From: Eledone cirrhosa
Lineage: Eukaryota
Direction of reading: 5' to 3'
NCBI GenBank assembly: GCA_964016885.1
Contig: OZ024740.1
Location: 161,324,001 to 161,388,000 of the forward strand
DNA length: 64,000 bases
Positions 56,200 through 64,000 of the stretch are shown here, piece after piece; position 1 is the stretch's first letter, and every line of letters begins with the position of its first letter. A program made the position numbers and the translations under genes. The notes under the pieces are model-generated. The model made no database searches. It was given only the letters and a program-made list of their open reading frames with translations, and was not told where the DNA came from.

Positions 56200-57545
56200 A
56201 AAATTAGTCCTTCATCAGTGATCTTCCAACCTTCATTGGTATTTCATCGCTTTAAAAATCATATACCTCTGGTTGGTGCGAGCAATAACTAAATAAAGTT
56301 ATTGGGACAAGTAAAATAGGATGAAGCGAGCGAGACATGTAAACAAACAAAGATGGTATTGCAACGGAAAGATAGGAAGAGACAAGTACATAATATCTAT
56401 AAGCTTAAGCTTGGTGAAATCATGGACGAAAGATCCAGACCATCCGACCTGGGTGAGATGTGAGCGAGAAAAGGATTTCACACAGGTTAAACGGGAGGAA
56501 GTGAGAGAGGGGTAGAAGCAGAGAGTGAGTGAGTGGAAGTGTGAGGAAGAGGCCAGCTGAGAGAGAGTGTGACTGGCAGACGGGTGTGGGCCAGGTGGGA
56601 AGGTGAGGGAGACAAAAAAGTGAAGGGCGTGGTTGGTGTCGGAGATGTGGGAGAGGAGGGCGGTGACGAGTGAAGGGGTCGAGGATGGAGTCGAGAAAGG
56701 CGGAGATAAGTTCAGTGGTGCAGTTGCAGGCGGAGACGATGGGGGCGGGGTTGTCGGGTTTGTGGATCTTGGGGAGGAAGTAGATGGTGGGGATGCGGGT
56801 GTGTGGACGATGAGGTGGGAGGCGTTGGGAGGGAGGAGGAGACGAGGTGTTGGATGGTGGAGGAAACTTGTCGTTGGTAGAGGGGGGTGAATTCGGAAGG
56901 GAGGGGGCGGTAGAAGAGGGGGTTTCGGAGCTGTCTGATGGCTTCGGCCGTGTAGAGGTCGGCGCGCCACACCACCACAGCGCCTCCCTTGTTCGCCGGT
57001 TTGATGACGATGTCGTCGCGGTTACGGAGGGAGCGGGGAGCGAGGAGTTCGACCCGTGAGATGTTATTCCGTTTGGAGCGGCGGCGGAAGTCGAAGCGAT
57101 TTACTGCGCTACGGCAGGCGTCAGTTCCTGGTGAGGGGGAGGAGTGAGTGGAGCTTGTGGGCTTTGGTGGAGCTGAGGAAGGAGAAGAGGTCGTAGTTGA
57201 GATTACGGATGAAGAGGATGGTGGAGTGGGCGATGAGGGGGTGACGCGTGGAGTGAAGGCGGGGGAGTTTGTGGTGGAGGTGCGGATAGTGGAGAGGGAG
57301 GAGCGGAGGGATTTGCGCATGAGGAGACGCGAGGAGTGTGTGAGGATGCGTTGGGTGGAGGGTGAAGCTAGGGGGGTGGAAGTGGAGTCGGAAACCGTGG
57401 AGGATGAGGTGGAGGTGGAGGCAGCGGCTGAGGAAATGGATGTGGCTGGAATGCCGGGTCTTAGTGAAGAGGAGGTAGGAGAGTTGGAGGGCCGAAGGGA
57501 GATAGCAGGTAGGAGGAGGGGGTGAGGAAGTATTTAGGTGAAACA
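56200..57545 (-). mobile_element. Internally deleted Neptune-like PLE (N-terminal/RT start + 3' end)
   Basis: DIVIKPANKGGAVVVWRADLY..A.RQL; YLLPKIHKPDNP.PIVSACNC; truncated CTGATGAAGGAC HHR start at ~56207-56218. Confidence 0.8.
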
Positions 57546-57864
57546 CTGAAGGGTAATATTCGTAGTAGTAGAGCCCTCAGTCTATGGGACGAGTTTGGTA
57601 GAAGTTGTTACATATATGTGGGTGTCTGTGATCTATATACACTGGTCATAGACCATATACACACACATATATATCTATATATACACAACAACACCACTAT
57701 CTCCCTCTCTCTCTCTATCTCTATCTTTCTTTCTCTCTGTGATGGGTCAACCAAATCCCGCCGAGGTTACTTTTGCCTTTCATCCTTACGGGGTCGTAAG
57801 TTGTGCCAAAAGTAGAAACAATTATTTTCCCATTTGTTTTCGGTGGCCCTTGTAAACCTTGTTT

Positions 57865-58262
57865 CAACTGAACAATATGTTCCATGATAAATCCAATTGA
57901 ACTATATGTTCTATGGTAAATCGACTAAACTATATGTTCCATGAAAATAATATACTACACTTATAGTTTCTATTTTTCTATTTTAACCATTGTTTTCACA
58001 CTCACACTTACTCTATTACATTTAAAACTGTCTGTTTTTCTTTTCTAACTACTTTCATGGTTTCTTCATTTAAAACTGTGCGTTTTCCAATTTTAACCAA
58101 ATGTTAGTACTACATTACATTTATAACTATCCGTTTTTTACTATTTTAACAACAATGTTCACACTTACACTATTTCATTACATTTAAAAACGTTTGTTTT
58201 CAATTTTAACCTCAACTATTTATTATATTACATTTAAAAATTTCAGTTTTTCCTCTATTTCA
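57865..58262. repeat. Degenerate minisatellites (~28-bp and ~50-60-bp units)
   Basis: Recurring AAC.ATATGTTC.ATG and TTACATTTAAAA..TTTTAAC. Confidence 0.6.
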
Positions 58263-58436
58263 TATACAGAAACTTACTTTGTGTGTTTGTTTTCTCTCGG
58301 TTTACAAATTTCTGTCTGAAAATAACTCTTTCACTTAATGGAACTCTAAAATAGGTTGGTACCTCAGTGTGTATGTGTATAAGGGGGCGCGCGTTTATAC
58401 GTATATGTGTGTGTGAGTATATATGGATGTGTGTGA

Positions 58437-58467
<31 letters not shown>

Positions 58468-58468
<1 letters not shown>

Positions 58469-58530
58469 GATGGCTGCCCCCTCGTTATCGAGTATGGCCA
58501 TTGCACAATAAAAAAAAAAAATAAATAAAA

Positions 58531-58584
<54 letters not shown>

Positions 58585-58585
58585 G

Positions 58586-58617
<32 letters not shown>

Positions 58618-58622
58618 AAAAG

Positions 58623-58655
<33 letters not shown>

Positions 58656-58777
58656 TATACATATATATATACATACACACATATATACACACACACATAC
58701 ATACACATACATACATATATACACACACACATACATACACATACACTCACACATATATACACACATACATTAATAAC

Positions 58778-58808
<31 letters not shown>

Positions 58809-58887
58809 GCAATAATATTAATAACGACAACAACAACAATAATATACATATTCATATATATATACACACACACGCACGCACATAAGC

Positions 58888-58925
<38 letters not shown>

Positions 58926-59878
58926 GATAGCAACTAACAGTGCTGCGATCGAATGTGGCTTTTTAGCCCAGCCAATGATCTAAAATGTCTTGCACAGAGT
59001 CGGCAACCAAAACATTTACTGGGAATAGTCGGCTGTGGTTGGAGTTCGTGTACTTTTGCATGTCGCTTGAGTCCTCCTGCTGATTTACATTCTCTACCAC
59101 ATGTTTGGCAAGCATGATGAGTAGCATCTCCAACAGCAGCCTGGTAGTCAACCACTGGTCTTACTTTATGACTGCGAAGATGACTTTCGAGTCCAGCTTT
59201 GCTTAGGCAGAGTCTCTCACAGACGCTGCATGTCAGAAACATAGGAGGACCCTCGCCGTCTGGAAGTGCAACAGCAATACCCTTCCTCACGTCCCGCTTT
59301 ACTTTCTCGTGTGCGATTCGAGATGCCTCAAAGGCAACTTTTCCCTCATATACAGTCTTTCTCCATTTATTACGATCAGCAGCAATATTTTCCCATGTAT
59401 CAGCAGAGATGTTAGCGTCTTTCAGAGAGGCCTTCAAGGAATCCTTATACCTCTTTTTTGGTTTATGTGGCGGTCGTTTTCCTTTAACCAACTCTCCATA
59501 GAAGAGTTGTTTTGGTATTCTAGAATCCTTCATCCTGGCAAGGTGACCACTCCAACGGAGTCGCTGCTTAAGCACAAGAGCTTCTATACTGTCACACATA
59601 GAGCTTTCCAAAATCTCGACATCACTGATGTGGTCCCTCCAGCGAACGCCATGTATCCGTCTGAGACACATCTGATGGAAACGCTCCAATTGCCTAAGGT
59701 GGCGTCGATATGTGACCCAGGTCTCGCAGGCATAAAGAAGACAAGAGAGTACACATGCCCTGTACACCCTTACCTTTGTCCTCCTGCATATGTCTCGCCG
59801 ACCCCAGAGTCGCCTTTCTAGCTTTCCGAAAGCATCACTTGCTTTCCTAATCCTAAGTGAGATTTCACCGTCAAGGCA
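58468..59878 (-). mobile_element. 5'-truncated RTE-clade LINE; ORF 58934-59878 ends in three C2H2 fingers; 3' UTR expanded by microsatellites
   Basis: YRACVLSCLLYACETW, LERFHQMCLRRI, LRWSGHLARM..RIPKQLFYGEL, R.KWRK. Confidence 0.9.
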
Positions 59879-60097
59879 TATATATATATATGTATGTATG
59901 TATATATATATATATATACATACATACAGACATTGATATTTCTATTCAGATATTTAGTCTAAGCTATTACATATCATTTTCTACAACATACCTTGAAAGT
60001 AGTTGAAACGTAAAAATGTAAAAGACAGACGAGATATATGTGTGTGTGCGTGTGGGGAGTGTATATATAAATATAAATATAAATATATATATATATA

Positions 60098-60867
60098 TAC
60101 CAGCAGCAGTACCCAGCGTTGCCTGGGTAGGTAAAATACTATCTGCTTTGATGAAAAGGTGTTGATCTTAGCAACTGCTTCTTGATGACTCATCTATGGC
60201 CACACACAGGCCATGGGGGAGGGTGGTGATGACCTCTATCACTGAGAAACGCAGGTGACTGACGAAGGGGCATGCTGGGGGAGGGAGGTAATGACCTCTA
60301 ACACTAAGCCAAATTTCCTCACGCTACTTGATTGGAAATCGATGAATTCTCAAATACACAACTAAAAGCTCAGACGACGTCATTAGCCTTTGACCATGTA
60401 TAAGATGTGCAATGATAGGTTCTATCGTAGTATGAAAGTTGAACCAAATAAATTGATTTATGTGTGAGGTGGAGCCGAAGTTTCGAATTTGAACGAAATC
60501 GGTTGAAAAATGTGGGAGCTAATGATAGGTCGCAGTCCCTGAACAAAAAATGCAAAGTGTAAAGCTACTATAAGATGTGCAAAGATAGGTTCTATCGTAG
60601 TATAAAAGTTGAACCAAATAAATTGATTTATGTGTGAAGTGGAGCCGAAGTTTCAAATTTGAACGAAATCGGTTGAACAATGTGGGAGCTAGAGCCAAAA
60701 AGGCGGAAATTTGAGCGAAAAGGTAGTATTTTCGAACATTTAAGCGGCAGCCACACCGTTCCTGAACAAAAAATCAAAAATGTAAAGCCACTTTCATACA
60801 TCAAATAATTTGATGTAGTGTAAAATTTGAACAAAGTAGGTTGATTAGTGTGCAAAGTAGGTTGATT
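60098..60867 (+). mobile_element. Possible non-autonomous Helitron-like/MITE element with internal 170-bp duplication
   Basis: Starts TAC(C)AGCAGCAGTACCCAGCGTTGCCTGGGTA (subterminal hairpin); 60399-60520 recurs at 60569-60690. Confidence 0.4.
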
Positions 60868-61132
60868 ACCGGCAACCACTCTGTATAATCAGTTCCTGAT
60901 TATTACTGGAATTCTATAAGAATCCAACATTCATAATTTTCAACAAACAAAGGGAGTACTAACCTCTGAGGAATACCAACAGTATGAAACAGAGATCTGT
61001 CAGCTAATCTCCCTTTGTTTGTTGAAAAAAAAGAAGTAAGTGACATAGTCACTACTTTAAAACAATAGCGTAAGGTGTTCAAAATGCTTTTAATTCAGCA
61101 TACGATGAATTACCAAATACACTATATATACA

Positions 61133-61140
<8 letters not shown>
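60868..61140 (+). mobile_element. Diverged partial monomer of the retrozyme family, with canonical HHR at 60962-61005
   Basis: Colinear with ~37901-38170; ACCT-CTGAGGA-ATAC caaca GTAT-GAAA-CAGAGATCTG-TC-AGCT. Confidence 0.82.
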
Positions 61141-61168
<28 letters not shown>

Positions 61169-61169
61169 T

Positions 61170-61450
61170 AGGTAGGAGGGTCATAACTTAATTGTTAGCG
61201 TTTTCTGCTTACGATTGTAAGGTCGATTCCCACCCGCACGTTGTGTCCTTGAGCATGACACTTTATTACACGTTGCTCAAATACACTCAGCGGGCAAACT
61301 TCAAACGGCCAGCCTTGTCGCACATTGTGTTATGCTAAATCTTCCTGAGAATTATATTATGAGTGTACGTGTCTATGTAAATTTCACGAGCAGGCACTTC
61401 AGTTGGTCGAGTAACTAACATTCTTCATCTGAACCGACGGAAGTTCAATA
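61170..61450 (+). mobile_element. tRNA-derived SINE (family B)
   Basis: tRNA-like head (GGTCGATTCC) followed by GTGTCCTTGAGCATGACACTTTA. Confidence 0.65.
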
Positions 61451-61659
61451 CCTACATATATGTATGTGGTGGGGAGCATGAATGTATGCGTCCGTATATG
61501 TGCTTCTGTGTGCGAGTCTAATAAGAAATATCTCTATTCCACTTCAGTTTACCTAACAGAAGTGCTTTTTGTTTTTGTTTTTCTAAATTGTCAACATTCC
61601 ACTGAACACTGCCCACATTCCACTGACACTGCAATGGTTCCACGTGTGACACGTGAACG

Positions 61660-62330
61660 TGTGTTTTGTTGTATACTGAGAATGTTCTACTCTACAATTA
61701 ATTGCAGATGTACATGATAAAATGACAAGTCAGTAAATCATATTGATGGCCTCCCCACAGCCCCGGCAGACAGAATGGAGAAGGCGTTTCCCCGGAGGAC
61801 GACAAGGGAGACGCGCTGGAAGAGCCATTCTAACTCGCGAGGCTCACACCTGCGGCTGGCCAGCTCAGCACCTATGGTGGTGAGTAGGGTGGTAGTCCTT
61901 GGGCCGAGGACACCAGAAGTCTCCACTGCCAAGTGTACGACCGCAAACCTGTCGGAGAGTGACTGATATTTGGAGAGTTTGGCCTCCTTAGCCAGACGTG
62001 CAGCAGAACCTGGGTCAGTCGCAGACTGCACCAGGTTGCGGCTGGAGAAAGTGTCGGTGCATGTGGCTTCCCAGACGAGGGGTTTGCCGCCGCGGAACGG
62101 GAAGATGGTCATGTCATCTGGCCTTTTGCCGTATCCTCGGCCCAGCCCCACCGGCTCGAGCAGAGAAGGGAAGCCTGCAGCATCCAAGCCAATCTTTATG
62201 ACCTCGTTGAGGGCAGCATGGCGTGGAAGGCGGCCGCACTGTGGAGACAGGAAAGTGGGTGGAGGCCGAAAGAGTCCACGGTGGATCCACAGCGACATTG
62301 GTATGGCTCGCAGATCCGGAGGCCAAGCCT
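61660..62330 (-). mobile_element. CRE-clade RLE retrotransposon 3' fragment (ORF 61738-62298)
   Basis: [55 protein letters not shown]. Confidence 0.85.
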
Positions 62331-62429
62331 CAAGGAAACTCCGATGCGCAGGCTAAATGTTAGTTCTCTCAGGCTCCATTATTAACAAATATCTAAGCCT
62401 ATACATTATAATCGGAACATTGACTCTTG

Positions 62430-62491
<62 letters not shown>

Positions 62492-63100
62492 GACATTTGT
62501 CTGAATTTGCTGAATTAATGGAATATATCTTAAATAAACCCGGATTAACAATATTCCCATCCCACACCGGAAATAAAACATCCATATGGTGTGCTGATTA
62601 ATATTTACGCATTGATTATCAATAATCTTCTAAACAGACATATGTGTCTGTGTGTGTGTTTACACGATTTACGAATCAACACCAAATTTGTTTCGTTGTT
62701 GGTCAAGTGACGGTGAGGAAAAACGTGTTTGTAGGTAAAAAGTGGGAAGCTTAGTTAGGTGTATTAAGCAGGGGGGGGGGGGTCATCCCGTTTTACCTTC
62801 CTACTGCTGCATTGGCAGGTTTAAAGTATTGACTGTTTATTTGGGAACATTTATTCATTGACTATATGTGTAATTTTTAACATCTGCTCTGCTTACTCCT
62901 ACATGGATAGAGAAAAGTGTATCTTCATTTAACATTCCGAGATGTGCTTATTGCTTGCGGAGAAGCTTGAAAGAATTCTGCAATGGTTTTGCAGGTATTT
63001 AGGGAGATCAGAGAACCCATCAGAGTCAGTAGCTTAAATTCAACCCAATTACCCCCGCTCTCCCGCTCTCTCTCTCTCTCTCTCCCCCTTCCCCATCTCT

Positions 63101-63139
<39 letters not shown>

Positions 63140-63464
63140 CATATATATATGCGAGACAAACCACAAATCCTTCAGGAATTTTGGTAAAGTTCATATGCAC
63201 TTTTTCTTCTAACTTATATTTTAGACTTAGATCCATTTAATTGATTATTTATCTAGTTAATTTCTACGGGCTAAAAGGAGTGACTAGATAAATTTTATCT
63301 GACTGTTCCTCGCGGAAAATAGTCTGTATCATTTGTCTGTTATTTCTTCATAGTTACATTTTAAACTTATAGCCTCGTTTAAATGATTATTTATCTGGTT
63401 GATTTCTACGAACTAGGGTGAGGAAAGGCTGGGTATATGTTAACTAATAATTCTTCAAACTTGC

Positions 63465-63543
<79 letters not shown>

Positions 63544-64000
63544 TATAAGTATGTATACGTACATACATATATGTATACAGACGTACAGTAGTATGTATAT
63601 ATATATATACATATATGCACACATATATATGTACGTATCGATTCACCGAACATTTATTATAATGTTCGGTGTGTTTGTAAACAAACATCCCGAATTAAGC
63701 CGTACAGTGTCTAGCAACCATCGTTGCTCATTTGTTCAACACTGACAAAGGAACGCTGTACTAGTTTCAAGCTATCGTCAGCAACGTATACCTTCCTGCC
63801 AGATGATTGAACGTCTGAAAGTATATACTTTCCTTATGCATATTAACGGCTGAGCAGCCTAATTTACATATCGAGTGAGTTAATCGGCCGGGCACACCGA
63901 AAACGATAAACTGAAAAAATGAAACGAAATTTCATTTCTCACTCTTAGTACGGCTGTTACTTAAATATAAGTATGTATACGTATATACATATATGTATAC

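Overview
AT-rich eukaryotic DNA packed with microsatellites and made almost entirely of retroelements. The SINE families and repeat landscape suggest a cephalopod (Octopus-like) genome; this is an inference. I found no credible host gene, and most ORFs in the track are translations of (TA)n/(CA)n/(TAA)n. Recognisable elements: a Tx1/L1-type LINE; three R4/Dong RLE elements stacked in (TAA)n; a near full-length CR1-like LINE with a second copy tail-to-tail; RTE and CRE fragments; at least six Penelope-like element (PLE) remnants; many tRNA-derived SINEs; and an initiator tRNA-Met pseudogene. The most interesting layer is non-coding. About a dozen type I hammerhead ribozyme (HHR) motifs can be read by eye. 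One family lies in a ~317-bp non-coding tandem repeat (37776-38527, with a diverged copy at 60868-61140) that shows compensatory changes in the core and stems, which is the profile of a non-LTR retrozyme (circular-RNA retroelement). All structures were inferred by manual base-pair inspection, and boundaries are approximate.
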